64,000 nt of DNA from Candidatus Peregrinibacteria bacterium CG11_big_fil_rev_8_21_14_0_20_46_8 (GTDB lineage: Bacteria > Patescibacteriota > Gracilibacteria > UBA1369 > UM-FILTER-53-11), in contig PCVQ01000003.1 in assembly GCA_002796025.1 (NCBI GenBank), positions 2,238 through 66,237 of the forward strand, written 5' to 3'. The translations under genes and the position numbers were made by a program. A model generated the notes under the pieces. It did not search any database. It saw only the letters and a program-made list of their open reading frames with translations, and was not told the origin of the DNA. Positions 35,209-44,213 of the stretch are shown piece by piece. Every line of letters begins with the position of its first letter. Within the stretch, counting starts at the first letter, position 1.

Positions 35209-36723
35209 TTATTGTTGTCGCTTCTTTCTGCGTCTCGCCCAGCCCATCATCAGTGCCGTTAAACCTGCTGCGGCCATACCTGGCCCGGTTTCCGGAAGGT
35301 AGAAATTTGCAAAGGCGCCGTCACTCTCATTGCCGGTTAGATCGGTTGCGCTCAGACGAAAGCTATACCAGTTGCCTGGCTCCAAATCCCGCACCTCTAC
35401 TTTGTCGGATGCAGAGCCAACCGATACGCTTGGACCAAAAACACGTGCATCTTCGCCTTCACCTTGATACAGCAGATAGTCGGCAAGATCACCCGCGCTG
35501 TTTACTGAATGATCCCAGCTTAATTCAACGACATTTTCCTCGGCTTCTTTTAATTTTGCCACTAAATTTGTCACATCTTCCGGCGGAATAAGGTCCTGTA
35601 ATGTTGTCGGTGCATTTCCAGCTACCGTCCATGCATTAGCATTTACATCGATGAGATTGCCTGCAATATCTTTAAAGTTTTCGAGACGGATGTCATAGTC
35701 AACCGCGCGCTGAGCTTCTGTTGTTACAAAGACGATCTTTCCGTCGACGCTCGCGCTTACATTTTTTACCATGAGTTCTTGATCTCCGCGATCGCGAGGA
35801 AAGATAAATACCTCTTCGGTTGCGTTTGGCGGTATTACAACCGGCTCATCAAAATATACCGTAATGCGGTCATTGAAATCCGCTACTGCAGATGTAATGC
35901 GCGGGCCATCGGTATCTGCATTGTTGCCAGAATTCGATGGCGGCGGAGCAGTATCCGGTTCTGGCACTGCGGCGCCGGTAAATACTCCAGTATCTGCCGT
36001 TCCACTAATGAGTGGATTATCGTAATAGTCTTGGATTTCAATACCGACCGTCAATTCATATTCTGCTCCCTCTTGTTGTGGTGAGGTCATGAGCATAACG
36101 GTTGCACCAGTTTCATCATCCGCGTAGATTTCTGCCCGTTCAACAGCGAGCTGCGAATCATCCGCACTATTGCGGATTTGAAAAGCACTTTCGGGATTCT
36201 CTTGGGGCAGCCAAACTGGTTCAGAAAATTCTATCAAAACTGTGAGGCCATCTTCGGCACGAACATTTTTTACTTCGGGTGCTCTTCCATTATCTTCAAT
36301 TGATGCATCCCGCTGACCGTTTATTTGAGGCGTCCCTTCGGCTTCGAGTGAATAGTTTAAACTCTCATTGCCTGCAGCATCAACGGCTGTTACTGCAAAG
36401 TAGTAGGTAGTTCCATTGGTGAGATTATCGACGACATACTCCGTAACATTGCTGGTGGTAATAACGGGAAGATTGTAGATATCTTCTGGATTTTGTACAG
36501 ATTGTGTTCCACGGTAGATTTTATATGCGGTAACGCCTACGTTATCTTGGGCGGCGTCCCACATAACCCTTATCTGTCCGTCACCTTCAATGAGGCGCAC
36601 ATTATCGACGTCCGAAGGCTCGAGCGCATCAGTACCAGCATCTTGTGCATACAGAGCGGTGCTGCTTGTAAAAAGCGTCGTAGCGAGTGCGGTAAGAACA
36701 AGATATGATAAATATTTTTTCAT
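35209..36723 (-). CDS. surface protein with two fibronectin type III-like domains and a C-terminal LPETG sortase sorting signal
   Basis: Signal peptide; FN3-like TAYKIYRG...GTTYYFAVTAVDAAGNES and YSFRLSATDLTGNES; tail LPETG, hydrophobic stretch and RRRKKRQQ. Confidence 0.85.
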   Translation of the reverse strand: MKKYLSYLVLTALATTLFTSSTALYAQDAGTDALEPSDVDNVRLIEGDGQIRVMWDAAQDNVGVTAYKIYRGTQSVQNPEDIYNLPVITTSNVTEYVVDNLTNGTTYYFAVTAVDAAGNESLNYSLEAEGTPQINGQRDASIEDNGRAPEVKNVRAEDGLTVLIEFSEPVWLPQENPESAFQIRNSADDSQLAVERAEIYADDETGATVMLMTSPQQEGAEYELTVGIEIQDYYDNPLISGTADTGVFTGAAVPEPDTAPPPSNSGNNADTDGPRITSAVADFNDRITVYFDEPVVIPPNATEEVFIFPRDRGDQELMVKNVSASVDGKIVFVTTEAQRAVDYDIRLENFKDIAGNLIDVNANAWTVAGNAPTTLQDLIPPEDVTNLVAKLKEAEENVVELSWDHSVNSAGDLADYLLYQGEGEDARVFGPSVSVGSASDKVEVRDLEPGNWYSFRLSATDLTGNESDGAFANFYLPETGPGMAAAGLTALMMGWARRRKKRQQ

Positions 36724-36857
36724 GTTGGGGAATTAATGTATATCAAACCATTATATCTTCTTTTGAGAAAGATGCTCAACCAGGTGGTATTGCGTGAATC
36801 TTTATGTTCTGTGTAGTTATGGTTAGGAATATTATCTGCTACAATGCTTTTCAGCAT

Positions 36858-38570
36858 ATGAAAATTATTAAAAATCAGATTGAACATTTGATAGGTGAGG
36901 CACTTCGCCAAGAATTTCCAGATAAAGTTGGCAGTGAGATTCCTATTGATTATCCCACTGAAGCGATCCATGGCGATTACGCCTGTCCAATTGCTTTAAA
37001 GCTTGGCGGCAATCCTCGCGAAAATGCTCAGAAGCTTTTAGCTGCAATTCAAAAGCCCGACTGGCTGGAAAAAATAGAGATTGCCGGGCCGGGTTTTTTG
37101 AATTTTTATCTTGCGCCTCAATTTTTGAATGATTTTTTGCGCGAAATTATTCAGGCCGGCGAGCATTTTGGAGAGAGCGATGTCTTTGCCGGCAAGACTG
37201 TGGTAACAGATAGTTCGCATCCGAATGTGGCAAAGCCCATGGGCATTCACCATATTTTATCGACGATTATTGGAAATTCGCTTAATCGTATTTTTGCTGC
37301 AGCGGGATATAAGGTGGTGCGTGATAACTATTTGGGAGATTGGGGAACGCAGTTCGGAAAGTTGATATATGCGTATCGCGAGTGGGGCGATGAGGCGGCG
37401 GTGAAGAAAGATCCGATTCCGGAGTTACTTAAGCTCTATGTTAAATTTCACGATGAGGCGGAAAAGGATCCAAGTTTGGAAGATAGAGGACGCGCCGAAT
37501 TTAAGAAATTAGAGGAGGGCGATGCTGAGAATCGTGAGCTTTGGCAGTGGGTTGTGGATTTGAGCAAGGCCGAGTTCGAAAAAATTTGGAGACGCTTGGA
37601 TGTTGAGTTCGATGTGATTCATGGAGAGAGTTTTTATGAGGATAAGATGCAGCCGATTATTGAGGAAGGGATAGCAAAAGGAGTCTTTGTTGAAGGTGAG
37701 CGTGGTGCATTAATTGCACCATTACAAGATGAATCTATGCCGCCGGCGATAATTCGCAAGGCCGATGGTGCAACGCTCTACGCCACCCGCGATTTAGCCC
37801 GCATTAAGTACTGGGAAGATACGTGGCATCCTGATGTCATGGTGAATGTGGTTGATGTGGCGCAGGAACTATATTTTCGGCAGCTTGTCGAAGTTGCGCA
37901 GATGCTTGGTATTACCGATGCCCGGAATGAACATGTGCAGTTCGGCCGTATGAGTTTTCCGGAAAAAAAGATGAGTACGCGCAAGGGGAATATTATTTTG
38001 CTTGAAGAAGTTATAGACGAAGCGGTTGAGCGCGCGCGTGCAATTGTTGAAGAGAAGAATCCGAATTTGAGCGATGCTCAAAAAACCGCGGTTGCGGAGG
38101 CGGTTGGTATTGGTGCGTTGAAGTATGCTGTGCTGAGCCAAAACCGCACTACGAATGTTACCTTTACGTGGGATAAGGTGCTGGCATTAGACGGTAATAG
38201 CGCACCGTATTTGCAGTATGCACATGCACGTGCGAGTTCTATTTTGAGGAAGGCGGAAGAGGAGGATGCGGGATTTGCAGATACCGGTGCGGGACAACTC
38301 CAAGAGGCGGCTTCGTTAAATCTCGCCCGCTTGCTTCCAAAATTCCCGGAGGTGGTGGCGCGCGCGGCAGAATTTTTTGCACCGAACTATATCGCGACGT
38401 ATTTGTTTGATGTCGCCCGCGCATTTAGCGCTTTTTATGCCGAGGTTCCCGTTTTGCAGGCAGAAGAGCCGGAGCGCACTGCGCGGCTGAATTTGGTAAA
38501 AGCGACCAAAATCGTTTTGGCTAATGGTTTGGGACTCCTTGGTGGAGTTCAAGCACCTGAAGAGATGTAA
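36858..38570 (+). CDS. argS: arginine--tRNA ligase
   Basis: HIGH-type SSHPNVAKPMGIHH, the class I core and the C-terminal anticodon-binding DALR-type domain. Start placed at the MKIIKNQ Met. Confidence 0.95.
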   Translation: MKIIKNQIEHLIGEALRQEFPDKVGSEIPIDYPTEAIHGDYACPIALKLGGNPRENAQKLLAAIQKPDWLEKIEIAGPGFLNFYLAPQFLNDFLREIIQAGEHFGESDVFAGKTVVTDSSHPNVAKPMGIHHILSTIIGNSLNRIFAAAGYKVVRDNYLGDWGTQFGKLIYAYREWGDEAAVKKDPIPELLKLYVKFHDEAEKDPSLEDRGRAEFKKLEEGDAENRELWQWVVDLSKAEFEKIWRRLDVEFDVIHGESFYEDKMQPIIEEGIAKGVFVEGERGALIAPLQDESMPPAIIRKADGATLYATRDLARIKYWEDTWHPDVMVNVVDVAQELYFRQLVEVAQMLGITDARNEHVQFGRMSFPEKKMSTRKGNIILLEEVIDEAVERARAIVEEKNPNLSDAQKTAVAEAVGIGALKYAVLSQNRTTNVTFTWDKVLALDGNSAPYLQYAHARASSILRKAEEEDAGFADTGAGQLQEAASLNLARLLPKFPEVVARAAEFFAPNYIATYLFDVARAFSAFYAEVPVLQAEEPERTARLNLVKATKIVLANGLGLLGGVQAPEEM

Positions 38571-39698
38571 TTACCCAAACGTAAAGGTAAACATTTGCAA
38601 TCCCGGGGTTTGCGGAATGAGCGTGAGAATGTGCGCGCCAAAGCCTTCCGGATCTTTGATGATGGTATACAGCTGTTCTTCGCTCACCTTCATGTAGCTT
38701 TTGCCGTTTTCAAAGTAGATGTCGTCTCCCGCGACCGCTTCCGGAATGGGCTTGCCATCGCGCAGCACTTCAACCACAACTTCTTTGCCGTTTGCCCCCG
38801 CAGCCACAGTAAAAACATTGCTCGCGCCATAGAGAAAAACAACTTTAGCACGCTCAGAATCATTTTGCGCATACTCTTCTTGGATATCCCATGCGCCAAC
38901 AAGATAGAGCCGGTTGGTTTCGGGATTTTCTACGGCCTCGTTAATCTGCTTGCCCACTTGGCCGCGGCGGCCGTTTGTCAGTAATTCATTTCGCAGCGCA
39001 CCAAAATAGACTTCTGGGCTGCCAACTTGTCCTGATTTTTTCTGCTCTGCGGTCAGCTCCATTTCTATATCTCCGCTCTCGCCCAGCCGTGTCATCCGCT
39101 CTTTTAGAAGTTCCTGTATTTTCCGTTCGGTCTCTTCGTACGCGCCTTCGCCAATGTGGTCGTAGACAATAAAGCCGTCAATATCGATGAGATATTTGCG
39201 CGGCCAGTAGCGGTTTTTGTAGGCACGCCATGTTTTATAGTCGTTATCTTGCACCACCGGATACTCGATCTCAAACTTCTCCACAGCGCGCACTACATTT
39301 TCATATTTTTTTTCAAAGTCGAATTCCGGGGTATGCACGCCGATAATTTCCAGCCCTTTATCGCGGTATTTGTCGTACCAGCTGTTTAAAAAGGGAGTTG
39401 TACGTTGGCAGTTGATGCAGCTATACGTCCAGAAATCGACAAGAATAACTTTTTTGCCGACAAGCTCTCCAAGGGTAATTCCATCGGTATTAATAAAGCC
39501 ATTCGGTTCAACGAGCTCTTTTGCCCGCTCATATTTTGTATCTTTTGCCTTGGAGCCACTATTACCCAGCTCGACAACTTGTTCATCAGAAAGACCGTCA
39601 TCTTTTGGTGCGGCGCTTTTACTTTGAACATAAAAAATCGTTCCGCCGATCGCGATAATTACAATTCCTAAAAGGATTTTTCGTACAGTATCATTCAT
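38571..39698 (-). CDS. membrane-anchored TlpA/redoxin-type thiol-disulfide oxidoreductase with an extra C-terminal beta-rich domain (DipZ C-terminal-like)
   Basis: N-terminal TM helix, a thioredoxin fold with WTYSCINCQ (CxxC), and an additional C-terminal domain of about 150 aa. Confidence 0.83.
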   Translation of the reverse strand: MNDTVRKILLGIVIIAIGGTIFYVQSKSAAPKDDGLSDEQVVELGNSGSKAKDTKYERAKELVEPNGFINTDGITLGELVGKKVILVDFWTYSCINCQRTTPFLNSWYDKYRDKGLEIIGVHTPEFDFEKKYENVVRAVEKFEIEYPVVQDNDYKTWRAYKNRYWPRKYLIDIDGFIVYDHIGEGAYEETERKIQELLKERMTRLGESGDIEMELTAEQKKSGQVGSPEVYFGALRNELLTNGRRGQVGKQINEAVENPETNRLYLVGAWDIQEEYAQNDSERAKVVFLYGASNVFTVAAGANGKEVVVEVLRDGKPIPEAVAGDDIYFENGKSYMKVSEEQLYTIIKDPEGFGAHILTLIPQTPGLQMFTFTFG

Positions 39699-40426
39699 AG
39701 TGATTCTTCAGTCCCGCTCGTATCGAGCAGGAGATTATTCACAAAGTCAAAATTAGCCACGAGGCTTAATTTTTGTGTGAAGGCAAGGATGCCGAGTACG
39801 ATTAAAATTACACCAAAAATCATGCGGACATATTTGAGCCAGCTTACCGATGCTTTAATCCACGCAGATGCTTGTGCGGTAAAGAGCCCGACGATGAGAA
39901 ATGGTACGCCGAGCCCGATTGAGTAACTGAGCAAGAGTGAGAATGCAGAGCCCGGGGAGGTTGCCGCTAATCCTAAAATGGCACCAAGTACTGCGCCGAC
40001 ACATGGGGTCCAGCCGGCTGCAAATGCCGCACCAAAAAAGAATGAGGTGAGATATTGTGAGCCGAAGCGTTTTTTTACTTCGACTTTATGCTCTTGTTCC
40101 AGGAATTTAATTTTAATGAGCCCGGTGAGATAGAGACCAAAGAAAATTATTATAAGTCCCCCAATGCGTGCCAGCCATGCTTGTGCCTCGTATGCGACCG
40201 ACTCTAGTACGGTATTTAACAATACTCCCAGCAGTGCAAAAATTACCGAAAATCCTAAAACAAAGAAGAGTGAATTTAAAAAGATGCGCATTCGTTTGCC
40301 TGTTGATTCGCCAACGGAAGTTCCGGCGAGATATGTTAAGAATCCCGGGATAATGGGAAGCACACAAGGCGAAAGAAACGAGACGATACCTGCTATAAAG
40401 GCGATACCGATATTAAGATTGTCCAT
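39695..40426 (-). CDS. ccdA: cytochrome c biogenesis/thiol reductant transporter CcdA (DsbD core family)
   Basis: Six TM helices with the two conserved Cys contexts LSPCVLP and WTPCVG. There is a 4-nt overlap with the downstream redoxin gene. Confidence 0.9.
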   Translation of the reverse strand: MDNLNIGIAFIAGIVSFLSPCVLPIIPGFLTYLAGTSVGESTGKRMRIFLNSLFFVLGFSVIFALLGVLLNTVLESVAYEAQAWLARIGGLIIIFFGLYLTGLIKIKFLEQEHKVEVKKRFGSQYLTSFFFGAAFAAGWTPCVGAVLGAILGLAATSPGSAFSLLLSYSIGLGVPFLIVGLFTAQASAWIKASVSWLKYVRMIFGVILIVLGILAFTQKLSLVANFDFVNNLLLDTSGTEESL

Positions 40427-40552
40427 GAAAATTAAGATTGAGGAATATTTTGCAGCAACAGCATAGCATAGAGATGCGCTATAGGAAAAAGCGCCCCGCC
40501 AACGGCGGGGCGCTTAAATTCCTGCTTCCTGTATTCTTGTTTTCTGTCTCTA

Positions 40553-41050
40553 CTACTGTCGCTTCATGTTTCCCTCAACAATATGATCGGCTGGCGCCGG
40601 ATCATCATCATCTGGTTCGAGGGTCAGCACATACATTGTGTGGTCGGTAAGATCGTCAGCAGAGCTATACACATTTGTATAGACGCCATTGATTCTGTCT
40701 ACGCGACCAGTGCTCACAAAGTGAAATGGCGATTTGCGCACAACCCAGCCTTCATAGAAAAAACCTGAGTCGAGTGCAGGAAGATTGTCGAATGTAGCTA
40801 GCAATTTGTATTCTCCATTTTCAAATGTAGCTTGTGCCATGCCTTCTGCATTGCCTCCAGAAACATCTTTGAGCTTCCCTGCATACATATATTGCATTTC
40901 ATCGCTCATCATCATCTTTCTTTCGCTGTCAGTTACTTCTTTCATCATCGTATCTTCTGATGGCGCATTTTCGGTCATGGATTGTTGTACATCGACATTG
41001 CATGCAGCAAGTGCAGAAACGATGCCGAGTACGAGTAGAATCTTCCGCAT
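40553..41050 (-). CDS. lipoprotein with an anti-sigma-K factor RskA C-terminal-like domain
   Basis: Lipobox SALAAC, a Met-rich N-terminal part (MMKE..KMMMSDEMQYMY), then FYEGWVV...YVLTLEPDDDDPAPADHIVEG. Confidence 0.55.
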   Translation of the reverse strand: MRKILLVLGIVSALAACNVDVQQSMTENAPSEDTMMKEVTDSERKMMMSDEMQYMYAGKLKDVSGGNAEGMAQATFENGEYKLLATFDNLPALDSGFFYEGWVVRKSPFHFVSTGRVDRINGVYTNVYSSADDLTDHTMYVLTLEPDDDDPAPADHIVEGNMKRQ

Positions 41051-41082
41051 AGTAATAACATTAGAGGATACTGAAATACGGC

Positions 41083-41328
41083 TTATTTTTCTTCCATCAT
41101 AGCTTCACCGTCTTTCTCTTCCATCATAGCTTCACCGTCCTTCTTTTCCATCATAGCGCTGCCGTCCTTCTCTTCCATCATAGCTTCACCGTCCTTCTTT
41201 TCCATCATAGCGCTGCCGTCCTTCTCTTCCATCATAGCGTCAACATCCTCAACGGGAGCTTGGCTGCAAGCGGCTAGAAGTAGAGCGGCACCCAAGGTAA
41301 TTCCGAGTGTGCGAAGAATTTTTTGCAT
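41083..41328 (-). CDS. small lipoprotein made of Met-rich decapeptide repeats
   Basis: Lipobox LLAAC, then (MMEEKDGSA/MMEKKDGEA) repeated to the C-terminus. Confidence 0.7.
   Translation of the reverse strand: MQKILRTLGITLGAALLLAACSQAPVEDVDAMMEEKDGSAMMEKKDGEAMMEEKDGSAMMEKKDGEAMMEEKDGEAMMEEK
41092..41241. repeat. five tandem 30-bp units with a 60-bp higher-order period, encoding the Met-rich repeats
   Basis: TTCCATCATAGC(TTCAC/GCTGC)CGTCCTTCT(C/T)T reiterated head to tail. Confidence 0.9.
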
Positions 41329-41399
41329 AGCAAAAAGGGGTTAAAAATAGGAGCTTTAGTATAACTGATAACTAAATTTTGACAAAAAAAAACTTTAGA

Positions 41400-41798
41400 T
41401 CAGCGATTGACGAAGGCCCGTATCTTCTTGTGTCCTAGTATTATGTTTAGTGCTAAGGCACCTGCTCCTTCGGTATATGTAAAGCGCCAGGCAAGTGCAG
41501 TATTTGGTCTTCCATCGACAATTAAACTGAGTATTCGGCCTAAACAGAGGCCTGTTATTATAACCGTCAAAATGATAATACCCATATGGCTATTTTTTAT
41601 TGCCATCCAGAAGAGTAATCCACTTATTCCTAAATGAAGCCCTCCATATACAGCCCGCATCTCATTGAATGCATCGGTACTCTCAAGTGAGATTGCAAGC
41701 GGCGCTAAGAGCTTTTGCGGATCGATAATTCCTTGAATACCTACAAATAAAAATATAACTGCCGCAACAATCAGTACAATTTTTTCAAATCGGGCCAT
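41400..41798 (-). CDS. DUF4345-family membrane protein
   Basis: Four TM helices with an EMRAVYGGLHLG signature. Confidence 0.7.
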   Translation of the reverse strand: MARFEKIVLIVAAVIFLFVGIQGIIDPQKLLAPLAISLESTDAFNEMRAVYGGLHLGISGLLFWMAIKNSHMGIIILTVIITGLCLGRILSLIVDGRPNTALAWRFTYTEGAGALALNIILGHKKIRAFVNR

Positions 41799-41803
41799 GT
41801 TGC

Positions 41804-42286
41804 TTACTCAAAGATGAATGGTGCCGTTTGTGAAACTTCTCCACCGCCAACTTTGTCGTAGACAGTAAGCATCATAGTATAGGTGCCGAGTGGAAGAGCG
41901 GCGTTACTATGGAATGTGCCATAGGGTGTATCGGCAATACCTTGCTCGAGCTGAGTAATACCGGTTTCTTCCAAAATATTTTTTTGCTCGAAAATAATCT
42001 CGCCGGCATCATTTTCAATTTCAAGATCCATTTCTAAATGATGCTTCCCCTCGTCGTCTGCCTTAAATGGGCCGACATTTTGTAGGATAAGATGCACCTG
42101 ATCGCCGGGTTTATAGACATTTGTTTCTGTTGCCTCGATTTGCCCGTCTGCTGTAGTTCGTCCAAATGTATAACCTTCGAAGGTAAGTCCGCCACTTTGA
42201 GTAGCGCTTGGCTGAGGTGCGCCGCAACCGCTTAATACAAATATTGCAACAATGAAAGCGAGGCCGAATGTTTTTGTTCTTAACAT
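41804..42286 (-). CDS. lipoprotein, beta-rich, unknown function
   Basis: Lipobox VLSGC; 160 aa, predicted all-beta composition. Confidence 0.7.
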   Translation of the reverse strand: MLRTKTFGLAFIVAIFVLSGCGAPQPSATQSGGLTFEGYTFGRTTADGQIEATETNVYKPGDQVHLILQNVGPFKADDEGKHHLEMDLEIENDAGEIIFEQKNILEETGITQLEQGIADTPYGTFHSNAALPLGTYTMMLTVYDKVGGGEVSQTAPFIFE

Positions 42287-42323
42287 ATTATTTTGGAGTT
42301 ATTAATATACTTACTATAACGGA

Positions 42324-42779
42324 TTATCGCATCGATTCATAATCAGATATTTTTTGCAGCCTGCGATTGTGGCGCTCCTCGGTAGGCCCTTGGCTTTCTA
42401 GCCAAAGAGTAATTATTTTTTGCGCCTGCGCCGGATCTACAAATCTGCCGCCGAGTGAAAGTATATTGGCATTATTGTGTTCGCGCGAGAGCGTTACGAT
42501 CTCGGTCGGGCCGCCGTAATAGAGCGCCGCCCGAACTCCTTTTACTTTATTTGCTGCAATTGCCTCGCCTTGGCCGGAACCGCCAAAGACAATGCCGCGC
42601 GCACTGCTATCGGCTGCGACTTTTTCGGCAGTTGGAATAATAAAATCCGGATAATCATCTTGCGAATCGTTGGTATGAGCTCCTATATCGATTACTTCGT
42701 GGCCTTTATCTTCTAAGTATTGTTTTACCGATTCTTTCAGTTCAAATCCTGCGTGATCGCTGCCCAAATATATTTTCAT
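42324..42779 (-). CDS. rpiB: ribose-5-phosphate isomerase B
   Basis: MKIYLGSDHAGFELKE start, and GSGQGEAIAANK and RxHNxANILSLG motifs. Confidence 0.92.
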   Translation of the reverse strand: MKIYLGSDHAGFELKESVKQYLEDKGHEVIDIGAHTNDSQDDYPDFIIPTAEKVAADSSARGIVFGGSGQGEAIAANKVKGVRAALYYGGPTEIVTLSREHNNANILSLGGRFVDPAQAQKIITLWLESQGPTEERHNRRLQKISDYESMR

Positions 42780-42807
42780 ATACCCATTAAATCACTATCA
42801 TGGTGTT

Positions 42808-43470
42808 ATGAGAACACGATTTGTAGAAATTGATGTTTTGCGTGCGCTTGCGATTGTCGCGATGATTATTTTCCACCTTGTCTTTGATTTGGATTTATTT
42901 GATGTGATCGAGATTGATATGCAGCAGACCTTTTGGCAGGGGCTGGCACTTTTTGTACAGATAATTTTTATTGTGACCACCGGCATTACGCTGGTAATAG
43001 CGAGTGAGCGTGGATTGAGGCCGCGCATTGTTCATGCGGCAAAGATTTTTGCATTTGGTATGATTATTACACTGGTAACTTCTTTACTCTTTCCGGAGCG
43101 TGCCGTTGTATTTGGAATTTTGCACTTTATGGGGGTGGCAATTGTTTTGGCACTGCCTCTGTTGCGATTTAGTATGTGGAATGCGCTTTTAGGAGCAGCA
43201 ATTATTTTGGCAACGCCCTGGCTGGCGCCACTCATACAAATTGATGCGTCGGGCCAGCCGCTTGATTATTTTCCGTTAGCACCTTGGTTTGGAGTTTTTT
43301 TAATCGGGGTGGCGATTGGTGGAGCGTGGTATGCGAAACGTGCGCCCGGCAATATACCGGGACGCGGTAGTGAAATTGCTTCTTCAATTGCCCGCCACTC
43401 GCTCGCTATTTATCTTCTGCATCAACCGATCCTTGTTGCTTTGATTCAAATTGCAAAGCGCATGAGTTAA
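42808..43470 (+). CDS. DUF1624 (heparan-alpha-glucosaminide N-acetyltransferase-like) membrane protein
   Basis: RFVEIDVLRALAIVAMIIFH start; multiple TM helices. Confidence 0.78.
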   Translation: MRTRFVEIDVLRALAIVAMIIFHLVFDLDLFDVIEIDMQQTFWQGLALFVQIIFIVTTGITLVIASERGLRPRIVHAAKIFAFGMIITLVTSLLFPERAVVFGILHFMGVAIVLALPLLRFSMWNALLGAAIILATPWLAPLIQIDASGQPLDYFPLAPWFGVFLIGVAIGGAWYAKRAPGNIPGRGSEIASSIARHSLAIYLLHQPILVALIQIAKRMS

Positions 43471-43837
43471 TGCAGTAGCGCATGCCTCCCTTGTCTTGCG
43501 GTCCGTCATCAAAAACATGTCCTAAATGAGAGCCGCAATTTCTGCAGCGTACTTCTGTACGAACCATGCCGTGGCTTGTATCTTCGAGTAGTTCGATATT
43601 TTCTTCATTTTTAGGATTAGCAAAACTTGGCCAGCCCGAGCCTGAATCGAACTTTGTATCGGAAGAAAAAAGTTCGGCATTACAGGCGCCGCACCGGTAG
43701 CTGCCACTCTCTTTATTTTGGTAAAGTTTGCCCGAAAATGGCGGTTCTGTCCCGGCTTCCCTCAAAATACGATACTGCTCAGGCGAGAGTTTTTCTCTCC
43801 AGTAAGCATCATCTTTATCGCGCATATCGTCTGTCAT
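43406..43837 (-). CDS. msrB: peptide-methionine (R)-S-oxide reductase
   Basis: Two CxxC zinc pairs (CGAC, CRNC), plus GWPSF and RYCINS motifs. No signal peptide. Confidence 0.95.
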   Translation of the reverse strand: MTDDMRDKDDAYWREKLSPEQYRILREAGTEPPFSGKLYQNKESGSYRCGACNAELFSSDTKFDSGSGWPSFANPKNEENIELLEDTSHGMVRTEVRCRNCGSHLGHVFDDGPQDKGGMRYCINSCALQFESKQQGSVDAEDK

Positions 43838-43851
43838 AGTCAGTAGGTATT

Positions 43852-44193
43852 CTAGCGTTTTTTCTTCTTTTGTGGGAGTGATTTTGTATATGATAGAGAG
43901 CGATCAACCCATTTTTTTAATGCGGCTTTTGTGGAGATTGCCTCTTGCTCTACATAGAGAAATCCTTTCATGGGCCGGCCGGTAAAGTCCATCGGGCGTA
44001 CGCCTTTGGTGCTGAGTAATTTTTCGGCATCTTCAGGCGCAACACGTGCAACAAGTACGTCATTCAGCACCCCGACGCTCATCTTTCCGTCCAGCAAAAA
44101 AGCTATGCCGCCAAACATTTTGCGCTCTTCAATATGCGTGGTTGGGGGTAAGACTTCTCGAATTTGTTCTGCAATTTTTTTGTCGTATGCCAT
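43852..44193 (-). CDS. TfoX N-terminal domain protein
   Basis: RKMFGGIAFLLDGKMSVGV..LVARV pattern. Confidence 0.78.
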   Translation of the reverse strand: MAYDKKIAEQIREVLPPTTHIEERKMFGGIAFLLDGKMSVGVLNDVLVARVAPEDAEKLLSTKGVRPMDFTGRPMKGFLYVEQEAISTKAALKKWVDRSLSYTKSLPQKKKKR

Positions 44194-44213
44194 GTTGGGA
44201 ATTATATTTTTGA

